Source: Nannocystis bainbridge (GTDB taxonomy: Bacteria > Myxococcota_A > Polyangia > Nannocystales > Nannocystaceae). From it: a stretch of 64,000 bases of DNA. The stretch is taken from contig NZ_JAQNDL010000003.1 of assembly GCF_028368995.1 (NCBI RefSeq), forward strand, positions 2,432,001-2,496,000, read 5' to 3'. The position numbers and the translations under genes were made by a program. The first letter of the stretch is position 1; every line of letters begins with the position of its first letter. The notes below the pieces were generated by a model. That model had not been told where the DNA came from, searched no databases, and saw only the letters and a program-made list of their open reading frames with translations. Below are positions 28,828-37,167 of the stretch, one piece after another.

Positions 28828-30021
28828 ATGCGCTCGACACGATGTCTTCCCTTGGTCCTGCTGACCGCGTGCACCGTCTATCAGGTCCCCGACGAGGGGG
28901 ACACCGACACTACCGGAGCGACCAGCATCGGGACCGGTTTGACCGGCACTGGCACTGGCACCGACGCCACGACCGACCAGCCTGACCCGACGACCTCGTC
29001 GACCAGCAGCAGCACCACCGGACCCGACCCGAGCGCCGGGCCCAGCAGCGACCCGACCGTCAGCAGCGATCCGACCACGGAAGATCCGCCGCCTGCGGAC
29101 TGCGACTTCCCGACCTCGATCCAGCCGATCTTCAGCGCCAGCTGCGGCTGCCACCTCAGCGGCATGCCGCCCAAGGGGCTGGTGCTCAGCGAGGGCTCGG
29201 CGTTTGCCGCGCTGGTCGGCGTCGACAGCATGGGCCAGCCCGGCACCCCGCACGTCGACCCGGGCAACTCGGCCGGCAGCTGGCTCATCACCAAGCTCAA
29301 CCCGGCGCCGCCGGTCGGCCTGCAGATGCCCGAGGGCGGCATGCTCTCGGCCGACCAGATCGCCCTGATCGCCGCCTGGATCGACGCCGGCGCGCCCGAG
29401 GCCGGCTCGTTCGCCTGCGACGGCGGCAGCCAGGGCGAGGCCGGCTCGGTCACCATCGACGAGCAGGGCCCGGCGAACGTGGAGATCGGCGAGATGCTGG
29501 ACCTCGACGTCACGGTCCTCGACGCCCAGGGCGACCCGGTCGTCGGCCCGACGGTCAAGTGGATCTCGAGCGACGAGACGGTCCTCTACGTCGACGCCAA
29601 GGGCACCCTGCTCGGCCTCAACCCCGGCACCTCCGAGGTGACCGCCGAGGTCGAGGGCGTGACGAGCGAGCCGCTGTCGGTCTCGGTCCTCAACAACCAG
29701 GCGGTCGCCGCCGCCAGCTTCACCGACGCGCTCAACGTGCTCTCGACCAACTGCGGCTGCCACAAGGGCGCGATGCCCCCCGCCGCCCTGGCCTTCGACC
29801 TCGCCGGCCCCGACGTGCTCGCCGCCCTGCTCGCCCCCGCCACCCAGGACCCGGCGACCAAGCGCGTCATCCCCGACCTCCCGGGCAGCAGCTACCTGTT
29901 CAAGAAGCTCACCCGCACCGTCCAGACCACCGGCGAGCAGATGCCGAAGGGCAAGGCCCCGCTCGAGGCCGAGAAGGTGCAGATCCTGTTCCGCTGGATC
30001 TTCAACGGCGCGCCGGCCTGA
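28828..30021 (+). CDS. lipoprotein with two cytochrome-c-like domains (CGCH) flanking an Ig-like domain
   Basis: LLTAC lipobox; SCGCH...MP...WIDAGAP and NCGCH...MP...WIFNGAP; VKWISSDETVLYVDAKGTL Ig-like segment. Confidence 0.7.
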   Translation: MRSTRCLPLVLLTACTVYQVPDEGDTDTTGATSIGTGLTGTGTGTDATTDQPDPTTSSTSSSTTGPDPSAGPSSDPTVSSDPTTEDPPPADCDFPTSIQPIFSASCGCHLSGMPPKGLVLSEGSAFAALVGVDSMGQPGTPHVDPGNSAGSWLITKLNPAPPVGLQMPEGGMLSADQIALIAAWIDAGAPEAGSFACDGGSQGEAGSVTIDEQGPANVEIGEMLDLDVTVLDAQGDPVVGPTVKWISSDETVLYVDAKGTLLGLNPGTSEVTAEVEGVTSEPLSVSVLNNQAVAAASFTDALNVLSTNCGCHKGAMPPAALAFDLAGPDVLAALLAPATQDPATKRVIPDLPGSSYLFKKLTRTVQTTGEQMPKGKAPLEAEKVQILFRWIFNGAPA

Positions 30022-30031
30022 CCGGCACTCG

Positions 30032-30111
30032 GGACATGCTCGAACGAGCATGTCCCGAACGACATGTCTTGAGTGACATGCCCCGACGGGCATGTCACTT
30101 CAGACATCTCA
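30032..30111. repeat. 14-bp-period CATG decamer array (6 units)
   Basis: GGACATGCTC gaac GAGCATGTCC cgaa CGACATGTCT tgag TGACATGCCC cgac GGGCATGTCA cttc AGACATCTCA; convergent junction. Confidence 0.92.
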
Positions 30112-30906
30112 GGCCGCGCCGAGCAGCGCCCCGCGCTCGGCCAGGTCGGCGAAGTAGCCGGCCATCGCCGCCAGGAGCTCGTCGTCCAGCGCCACCCCGA
30201 GCTCCGCGCACGCGCCCTGCAGGGCGCCCTGCAGCGGCTCTCCGGCCAGCAGTCGCTCCGTCACCGCCGCCGCCCGCGGCGTCAGCTCGAGCGTCTTGAC
30301 CTGATGGTCGCTCCGATCGCGGTACTGCAGCAGCGCCGTCGCCTCGGCCGGCGGCGCCTCTGTCGCGCTCGCGCGGTGGACCGCCCAGCGGTAGCGGCGG
30401 AGCCGGACCGTGCCATCGAACTGTACCGGCCCGTCGAGCGCCAGCGGCTTGCCGCTCGCGGCCTCCCCGCCGGCCGGCAGGTTGCCGAGCTCGGCATCCG
30501 ACCACTCGTGCAGCGCCAGCTCGAGCAGATAATCCGGCAGCGTCGTGTCGACCGCCCACCGCGGCCGGGCCCATCTTAAAAACTCGCCCGTCACCCGCCA
30601 GAAGTACGGGGCCACCGGCGCCGCCTCGGCCACGAACTGGGCGATCTCCAGCCGCAGCCGCAGTCGGCCGAGCCGCGTCGCCGTGTTCGGCAAGAAGTCC
30701 TCCACCGCCCCGCGCAGCCGCCCGTGGACCATCGTGCGGTAGATCGCCAGCCGCTCGGCCGCCGCTTCCGGCAACGCGACCAGCGCCTCGGCCGGCACCC
30801 CGTGGCCGGCCAAAAATCCCTGCACGTCGGCCTTCACCGCTGCCGGCGCCTCGAGCTCGATCACGCTGGCGGCGAACGCCCGGATCCACGCCTCCTCGCC
30901 GCTCAT
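30109..30906 (-). CDS. DUF2063/HvfC-BufC-like MNIO partner protein
   Basis: RLAIYRTMV, FLPNT, YLLELALHEW, YRWAVHR; ATGA overlap with DUF692 gene. Confidence 0.8.
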   Translation of the reverse strand: MSGEEAWIRAFAASVIELEAPAAVKADVQGFLAGHGVPAEALVALPEAAAERLAIYRTMVHGRLRGAVEDFLPNTATRLGRLRLRLEIAQFVAEAAPVAPYFWRVTGEFLRWARPRWAVDTTLPDYLLELALHEWSDAELGNLPAGGEAASGKPLALDGPVQFDGTVRLRRYRWAVHRASATEAPPAEATALLQYRDRSDHQVKTLELTPRAAAVTERLLAGEPLQGALQGACAELGVALDDELLAAMAGYFADLAERGALLGAA

Positions 30907-31796
30907 GCCGCCGCTCCTGCCGCGTGGCGGGCCAGCGCCGCCTGGTACACCGCGTCGACGCGGTCGCGCTCGGCCAGCAGCTCGGCCAGCGGCGGGATGT
31001 TCTCGTCGCGCTCGAGCAGGACCGGCAGCGCACCTGTCCTTTCGATCACCCACGCCAGCAGCGCGTCGACCTCGCTGCGAACCGGCGCCCCGTGGGTGTC
31101 GATGATCAGGTCGCGGCGCTCGTCGTCCCAGAACTCGTGACCGGCCACGTGCAGCTGGACCACCCGATCGAGCGGGACTCGGGCCAACCACTCGAGCGGG
31201 TCGAAGCCGAAGTTGCTCGCGTTGACGAACACATTGTTGACGTCGAGCAGCAGCCCGCAGTCGGCCCGCTCGAGCACCTCGACCACGAACGCCGCCTCGT
31301 CGAGCGGCGCCCCCCCGAGCGGCAGGTAGTAGCTGATGTTCTCGACCAGCATCGGCCGCTCCAGCCGCTCCGACACCTCGCGCACGCGGGCCGCCACGCG
31401 CCTGGCCGACGCCGTCGTCCACGGCAGCGGCAGCAGGTCGTGCAGCATCTTGCCGTCGTGGCCCGAGAAGCACAGGTGGTCCGAGTGCCACGGCGACCGC
31501 AGGCCGGCGTCGAGGAACCCGCGCAGGCCCGCCAAGAATTCCGCGTCGAGCGGATCGAGCCCGCCGAGCGACAGCGACAGCCCGTGCGAAAGGATCGGGA
31601 ACCGCTCCGCCACGCTCGCCAGGCGGGCCGGTCGGCTGCCGCCGCGCGCCACGTAGTTGTCCGGTGAGACCTCCCAGAACGGCACCCGCCCGTCGGCCGC
31701 CCCGCGATCGACCTCCGCGAGGAACGGCCCGCGCAGCCCGAGGCCGACCCCGGTGGGCACCGCGGCGCGCGCGGATATACCTGCTCGAAAAGACAT
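30903..31796 (-). CDS. DUF692 family multinuclear non-heme iron oxidative enzyme (MNIO)
   Basis: GVGLGLR, HGLSLSLG, SDHLCF, HDLLPLP, VENISYY, LLLDVNNVFVN, HVAGH, IDTHG, LLERDENIP; true start may be GTG at 31760. Confidence 0.93.
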   Translation of the reverse strand: MSFRAGISARAAVPTGVGLGLRGPFLAEVDRGAADGRVPFWEVSPDNYVARGGSRPARLASVAERFPILSHGLSLSLGGLDPLDAEFLAGLRGFLDAGLRSPWHSDHLCFSGHDGKMLHDLLPLPWTTASARRVAARVREVSERLERPMLVENISYYLPLGGAPLDEAAFVVEVLERADCGLLLDVNNVFVNASNFGFDPLEWLARVPLDRVVQLHVAGHEFWDDERRDLIIDTHGAPVRSEVDALLAWVIERTGALPVLLERDENIPPLAELLAERDRVDAVYQAALARHAAGAAA

Positions 31797-31814
31797 GTCC
31801 GAAGAAACAGTGTG
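31777..31814. repeat. degenerate 14-bp-period decamer array (3 units)
   Basis: ATACCTGCTC gaaa AGACATGTCC gaag AAACAGTGTG. Confidence 0.5.
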
Positions 31815-31833
31815 GGGTCTCGGCCGACCCCGC

Positions 31834-33291
31834 TCATGGGCCGGTGGGCCTGGCGAAGATGGCGCGACGGACCGCGGCTGCCGGGGCGGATTGGCGGATC
31901 TTCACCTCACCGTCTATCACATCGAGCCCGAGCTTCCCATACAGCGCGGCCAGCTCCGGGAACTCCGCGCGCGGCAGCCACGACCCCGCCAGCTCGGTGA
32001 ACACGGGGCTGCCGGCCCAGGCGTCGAGCTCGCGCAGGACCGCCGCCGCGGGCCACATCCGCGGCGTGCTCGCGCAGCAGCGCAGCAAGTGGCGCATCGC
32101 CGCGTCGAGCGACCGCTCGCCGCCGCCGAGGCGGAGGCCGACGTCGGCCAGCAGGGCGAGCGCCGCGCCGGACCAATACACCCGCTGATAACTGTGCGTC
32201 TCGTGCATCTCGCGGCTCGCCAGCGCCAGCGGCTGCCCCTCCCCGTCCTTGCGTCCGCGGTCGAATCCACGTGACAGCGCTTGCCAGCCCGCCGCCTCGC
32301 TGCGGAAGCCGCGGCGGGTCGGCAGGACCTCCGTGTAGTACGTGACGAAGCCCTCCGACAGCCACGCGTCGGACTGCTGTACGAACGGCATCCCGTGGTG
32401 GAGGAACTCGTGGATCGCCACCCACTCGCCCGGGAACGCGTGGTCGGCCGCCTCGCTCGAGACCAGCAGCTGCACCGAAGGACCGCCGCCGCGCAGCGCC
32501 ATCCCGAAGTACACCGGCCCCCCGCCGCCCGGGAACGGCAGCACCACCACCTGCATGCGTTCGCTCGGGAACCGCCCGTACAGCGTCGCCACCGTCTCGG
32601 CCGCCGTCGTGATCCAGCGATCGATCCCCGCCGTGCTCAGCTTGCGCGGCTCGTCGACGATCGCCACCGAGAACGTCGCCCCGGCCGCCTCCACCGTCTG
32701 CGTCACCAGATCGCCGAACACCGCCTGCGACGCCCACATCAGCGCCGTCACCGGCAGGCGGAACCGCTGCTCGTCGGTCTGCGGCCACGGCACCGACGCC
32801 TTCACCCCCGCCGCCAGCGCCAGCTCGATCGTCACCTCGGCCTCGAAGTAGAGCGTCGCCGGACGCCAAAGGATCAGCCGCGGATCGATCGAGACCACCT
32901 CGCCGGTGCGCGCGCGCAGGCGCGAACCCGAGCCCTCGAGCAGCCCCTCGACCGCCACCGAGTAGCGCACGCACGCACCGGCGCGCAGCGGCCCGAGCTC
33001 GATCGTCGCGCTGTCCGCGTCGAGCCGCGCGGAGCCGCCGTCGGCCGTCACCTCCGACACCGCCGCCACCGCCGCCGCGTCGTCCTCGTCGATCTTCAGC
33101 CGCCGCGGCGCCCCGTCGGGGAAGCAGACCTCGACGCGCAGACGGTCGAGCTCCGCCGGCACCTCGACGCGGTAGCGCCAGCGCAGCGCTCCGTCCTGCC
33201 CGCGCGCGGACCCGTGAGCGCAGCCCCCCGCGAGCGCGAGCAGGCTCGCCAGCGCGGCCCGGGCCCGCGCACGCTGTCGGCGCTGGAACAC
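31834..33291 (-). CDS. zinc metallopeptidase (M61/M1-like), probable lipoprotein
   Basis: LAGGC lipobox; HEFLH, WLSEGFVTYY, YWSGA, SLDAAMR. Confidence 0.8.
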   Translation of the reverse strand: MFQRRQRARARAALASLLALAGGCAHGSARGQDGALRWRYRVEVPAELDRLRVEVCFPDGAPRRLKIDEDDAAAVAAVSEVTADGGSARLDADSATIELGPLRAGACVRYSVAVEGLLEGSGSRLRARTGEVVSIDPRLILWRPATLYFEAEVTIELALAAGVKASVPWPQTDEQRFRLPVTALMWASQAVFGDLVTQTVEAAGATFSVAIVDEPRKLSTAGIDRWITTAAETVATLYGRFPSERMQVVVLPFPGGGGPVYFGMALRGGGPSVQLLVSSEAADHAFPGEWVAIHEFLHHGMPFVQQSDAWLSEGFVTYYTEVLPTRRGFRSEAAGWQALSRGFDRGRKDGEGQPLALASREMHETHSYQRVYWSGAALALLADVGLRLGGGERSLDAAMRHLLRCCASTPRMWPAAAVLRELDAWAGSPVFTELAGSWLPRAEFPELAALYGKLGLDVIDGEVKIRQSAPAAAVRRAIFARPTGP

Positions 33292-33315
33292 CGCCCCATG
33301 GTAGCCTGCGGGTCC

Positions 33316-33912
33316 ATGCGGGTCACATCCCCGGTCGCCCTCAAAGAGTGGGCCGTTTTATGCGCGCGGCTCGAAGCCGGCGAGCAGAGCGTGCTCGTGC
33401 GCAAGGGCGGGATCCGCGAGCCCCGCGCGCCCGGGCAGGCGCCCACCTTCAGCCCCGAGCACCGCGGCTTCTGGCTGCTGCCGACCTTCTTCCACGCCCG
33501 CGAGCCCGGGCGCGACGTCGACCTCGCCCCGGCCGCGCGCGCTCGCCTGCCGCAGGTCCTCGCCGACGCCCCGCCGCCCGGCGTGTTGCGGCTGCGGCTG
33601 TGGGCCGAGGTCGACCTCGCCCTCGAGGTCCACGACCTCGCCGCGCTCGATCGCCTCGGCGACCGCCACGGACTCGACGCCGGGTGCGTCGCCGACCGCT
33701 TCGCCTATCGCAAACCTGGCCTTTGGGTCCTGTTCCTGAGGACCTATCGCTCGGGACAGGTCAGCGAGATCGCCGACCGCGCCGAGTACGCCGGCTGTCA
33801 CTCCTGGGTCGACCTCGCCGAGGAGGTCACCGGCGACGTCGAGCCCGTGCTGTCCGACCGCGAGCACGCCGAACGCCGCGCCGACCTGCGGTCCGCGCTG
33901 GGGGACCGATGA
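33316..33912 (+). CDS. DUF1802 family protein
   Basis: ALKEWAVLC, QSVLVRKGGIRE, FWLLPTFFH, YAGCHSWV. Confidence 0.85.
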   Translation: MRVTSPVALKEWAVLCARLEAGEQSVLVRKGGIREPRAPGQAPTFSPEHRGFWLLPTFFHAREPGRDVDLAPAARARLPQVLADAPPPGVLRLRLWAEVDLALEVHDLAALDRLGDRHGLDAGCVADRFAYRKPGLWVLFLRTYRSGQVSEIADRAEYAGCHSWVDLAEEVTGDVEPVLSDREHAERRADLRSALGDR

Positions 33913-35231
33913 GCGACCCGGCGAACACCTGGCGCAGCCGGGCGGGGGCGATCCTCATCGTCCTCACCGTCATCAACTTCCTCAACTACATCGACCAGAT
34001 GCTGCTCAGCTCCGTGCTCGAGCAGATCAAGCTCGAGTTCAGCCTGAGCGACACCGCGGGCGGCCTGCTCGGCAGCCTGTTCGTCATCACCTATACGATC
34101 GCCGCTCCCCTCGGGTACCTCGGCGATCGCTTCCCGCGCAAGAACATCATCGCCGGCGGCGTCGCCCTGTGGAGCCTCGCCACCCTCGCCGCCGCGTTCG
34201 CCCGCAGCTACGAGGAGCTGCTCGTCTGTCGCGCCCTGCTCGGCATCGGCGAGGCCGCCTACGCCACCACCGCGCCCTCGATCATCGCCGACCTCTACGG
34301 CCCCGACCAGCGCAGCCGCAAGCTCGCCCTGTTCTACCTCGCCACTCCGGTCGGTTCGGCGCTCGGCTTCATCCTCGGGGGCCTCATCGGCGAGCATTTC
34401 GGCTGGCGCGCCGTGTTCCTGGTCGGCGGCCTGCCGGGGTTCGTGTTCGCCGCCCTGGTCGCGCGGATCGTCGAGCCCGAGCGCGGCCGGCTCGACCCGG
34501 CGAGCGCGCGGACCGAGGGCAACTTCTTCACCGCGCTGCGGCGGATCTTCCGCACCCCGGCGTGGGGCATCAACACCGTCGGCCTGGCGATGATGACCTT
34601 CACCGTCGGCGGCCTCTCGCTGTGGATGCCGACCTACCTCGAGCGCGTGCACGGCATGAGCACCGCCAGCGCCGGCCCCGTGTTCGGCGCCGTCACCGTG
34701 ATGGCCGGCCTGTGCGGCACCCTCCTCGGCGGCAGCCTCGGCGACCGCATGCAGGCCCGCTCGCCCGGCGGTTATTTCCGCCTCAGCGGCATGGGGTTGG
34801 TCCTGAGCGCCCCGCTCATCGTCCTGCTCACCCGCATGGAAGACCTCGTCGCGCTATTCGTGGTCGCCTTCTTCGCCGAGCTGCTGCTGTTCCTCAACAC
34901 TGGCCCGCTGAACGCCGCGCTGGTCGGCTGCGTGCCGGCGTGGCTGCGGGGCACCGCGTTTGCCGTCAACATCTTCTGCATTCACGCCTTTGGCGACGCG
35001 CTGTCGCGCACCTTGATCGGCTACGTGAGCGACCGGGCCAAGACCGCCTACCTCGCCGGTCAGGTGCAGACCGAGTCCGCGGTGCGGGCGGCCGAGGCCG
35101 CGGGCCTCAACCTCGCGATCGCCACCACCGCGATCCCGGTGCTGCTCGGGGGAATCGTCCTCTTGTGGGGCGCGCGCCGGATCGCTCGCGCGCCCGACGG
35201 GCTCATGACTCACTCGGACCCGCGCCGTTGA
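33909..35231 (+). CDS. MFS transporter (spinster-like)
   Basis: INFLNYIDQ, GYLGDRFPRK, RALLGIGEA, PSIIADLY, HAFGDALS; about 12 TM segments. Confidence 0.9.
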   Translation: MSDPANTWRSRAGAILIVLTVINFLNYIDQMLLSSVLEQIKLEFSLSDTAGGLLGSLFVITYTIAAPLGYLGDRFPRKNIIAGGVALWSLATLAAAFARSYEELLVCRALLGIGEAAYATTAPSIIADLYGPDQRSRKLALFYLATPVGSALGFILGGLIGEHFGWRAVFLVGGLPGFVFAALVARIVEPERGRLDPASARTEGNFFTALRRIFRTPAWGINTVGLAMMTFTVGGLSLWMPTYLERVHGMSTASAGPVFGAVTVMAGLCGTLLGGSLGDRMQARSPGGYFRLSGMGLVLSAPLIVLLTRMEDLVALFVVAFFAELLLFLNTGPLNAALVGCVPAWLRGTAFAVNIFCIHAFGDALSRTLIGYVSDRAKTAYLAGQVQTESAVRAAEAAGLNLAIATTAIPVLLGGIVLLWGARRIARAPDGLMTHSDPRR

Positions 35232-35328
35232 GGACAGGCGTCCGAGTGGACGCGCCCCCGCCGGCTCCCGTATCGTGTCGACAATTCTGCGCGCCCATCG
35301 CGGGCGCATCGCTCAGGAGCGCCTCCCG

Positions 35329-37089
35329 ATGATCACCCGCAACGCCGCGGCCCTGCTGTTCTCCTGCATCGCCCTGGCCGGCTGCACCTTCGACGCCAGC
35401 GGCCTCGGCGAACAGCCCCCGACTACCAGCGGGGTGACCACCGAGACCACCGGCACGACGACGACCGACGTCACGAGCATGGACGTCACCACGCAGCCGA
35501 CCAGCACCACCGGCGGCGACCTGTGCGGCAATTATCAGACGGACGCCGGCGAGGCGTGCGACCAGGGCCCGAACGGCAACGGCGTGTGCACCCCTGCGTG
35601 CGCCTACAACGTCTGCGGCGACGACTACGTCGGCGCCGGCGAGGACTGTGACGGCCCGGACGACGGCTGCGTCAACTGCCAGCTGGCCTCGTGCGGCAAC
35701 GGCATGACCGACCCCGGCGAAGAGTGCGACGACGGCAACGCGGACGAGACCGACGCCTGCCTCAGCACCTGCAAGAACCCCGGCTGCGGCGACGGCTTCG
35801 TCCAGACCGGCGTCGAGCAGTGCGACGACGGCAACAACCTCGACACCGACGGCTGCGTCGCCGGCTGCAAGCTCGCCACCTGCGGCGACGGCCACGTGTG
35901 GGACGGCACCGAGCACTGCGACGACGGCAACCAGGTCGACGACGACGCCTGCCCCAACAGCTGCGGCCCGCCCGGCTGCGGCGACGGCATCGTCAACAAC
36001 GGCGAGCAGTGCGACGACGGCAACATGACCAACGATGACGCCTGCAGCAACAGCTGCAAGCTCCCCGTCTGCGGCGACGGCATCGTCAACAACGGTGAGG
36101 AGTGCGACAACGGCGAGACCCAGAACGCCGACGACGCCGCCTGCACCCTCGCCTGCGAGACCGCCGAGTGCGGCGACGGCAAGGTCCAGGCCGGCGTGGA
36201 GCCGTGCGACGACGGCAACCAGGTCAACGAAGACGCCTGCACCAACGCCTGCAAGCTCCCCGTCTGCGGCGACGGCTTCGTCAACGGCGACGACGAGTGC
36301 GACGACGGCAACATGTCGCAGACCGACGCCTGCCTCAACGACTGCAAGCTCGCCACCTGCGGCGACGGCCACGTCCGCATGGGCATGGAGCAGTGCGACG
36401 ACGGCAACACCGTCCAGACCGACGCCTGCCTCAACGACTGCGTGCCCGCGGATTGCGGCGACGGCTGGCTGCAGGCCAACTCCGACGAGGACTGCGACCA
36501 CGGCTCGCACAACAGCAACGACATCACCAAGGGCACTTGCAAGACCGACTGCACCCGCGCCGGCTTCCTCGTGTTCGTCAGCTCGAAGCAGTACATCCCC
36601 GGCGGCAACGACTTCAACTCGATCGCCGCCGCCGACGCCCGCTGCGCCGACCTCGCCGCCAGCGACATGGGCTCGCTCAAGATCAAGGGCGGCAAGTGGA
36701 AGGCCTGGCTCGGCGACGGCGCCGCTGGCCCCGGCAACAACTTCCACAAGAGCTCGATCCCTTACTTCACCCTGCGCAACACCACCACCGCCAAGATCGC
36801 CGACAGCTGGACCGACCTGACCGACGCGGACATCATCACCAGCATCGACATCACCGACACCATGCAGGAGCTGACCAGCGGCTCAGACTGCTCGGGCAAC
36901 AACGTCGTCTGGACCGGCATCCACGGCGACAACGGCTTCGGCGATCACTGCGTCAAGTGGACCAGCGGCAACATGGCGATGACCGGCCTCACCGGCAGCC
37001 TCAAGCGCGACGACGGCGGCTGGACCGACGGCTGCAACAACGTCGAGTGCAACCTGTCGGCCCGCATCTACTGCTTCGAGCAGCCCTGA
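35329..37089 (+). CDS. DUF4215/myxococcal Cys-rich repeat lipoprotein with C-terminal DUF1554/endostatin-like domain
   Basis: LAGC lipobox; about 11 CGDG...EQCDDGN...DAC repeats; VFVSS...ADARC...WKAWL...VWTG...IYCFEQ. Confidence 0.85.
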   Translation: MITRNAAALLFSCIALAGCTFDASGLGEQPPTTSGVTTETTGTTTTDVTSMDVTTQPTSTTGGDLCGNYQTDAGEACDQGPNGNGVCTPACAYNVCGDDYVGAGEDCDGPDDGCVNCQLASCGNGMTDPGEECDDGNADETDACLSTCKNPGCGDGFVQTGVEQCDDGNNLDTDGCVAGCKLATCGDGHVWDGTEHCDDGNQVDDDACPNSCGPPGCGDGIVNNGEQCDDGNMTNDDACSNSCKLPVCGDGIVNNGEECDNGETQNADDAACTLACETAECGDGKVQAGVEPCDDGNQVNEDACTNACKLPVCGDGFVNGDDECDDGNMSQTDACLNDCKLATCGDGHVRMGMEQCDDGNTVQTDACLNDCVPADCGDGWLQANSDEDCDHGSHNSNDITKGTCKTDCTRAGFLVFVSSKQYIPGGNDFNSIAAADARCADLAASDMGSLKIKGGKWKAWLGDGAAGPGNNFHKSSIPYFTLRNTTTAKIADSWTDLTDADIITSIDITDTMQELTSGSDCSGNNVVWTGIHGDNGFGDHCVKWTSGNMAMTGLTGSLKRDDGGWTDGCNNVECNLSARIYCFEQP

Positions 37090-37100
37090 CGCTGCCCCTT

Positions 37101-37167
37101 GAACATGTCTCAGGGGTCAGATGGCCGGTCCACCGGCGACCGGCGCCATGTCCCTCGGAACATGTCC
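37101..37167. repeat. CATG decamer cluster
   Basis: GAACATGTCT at 37101; CGCCATGTCC ctcg GAACATGTCC with cores at 37147 and 37161. Confidence 0.65.
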
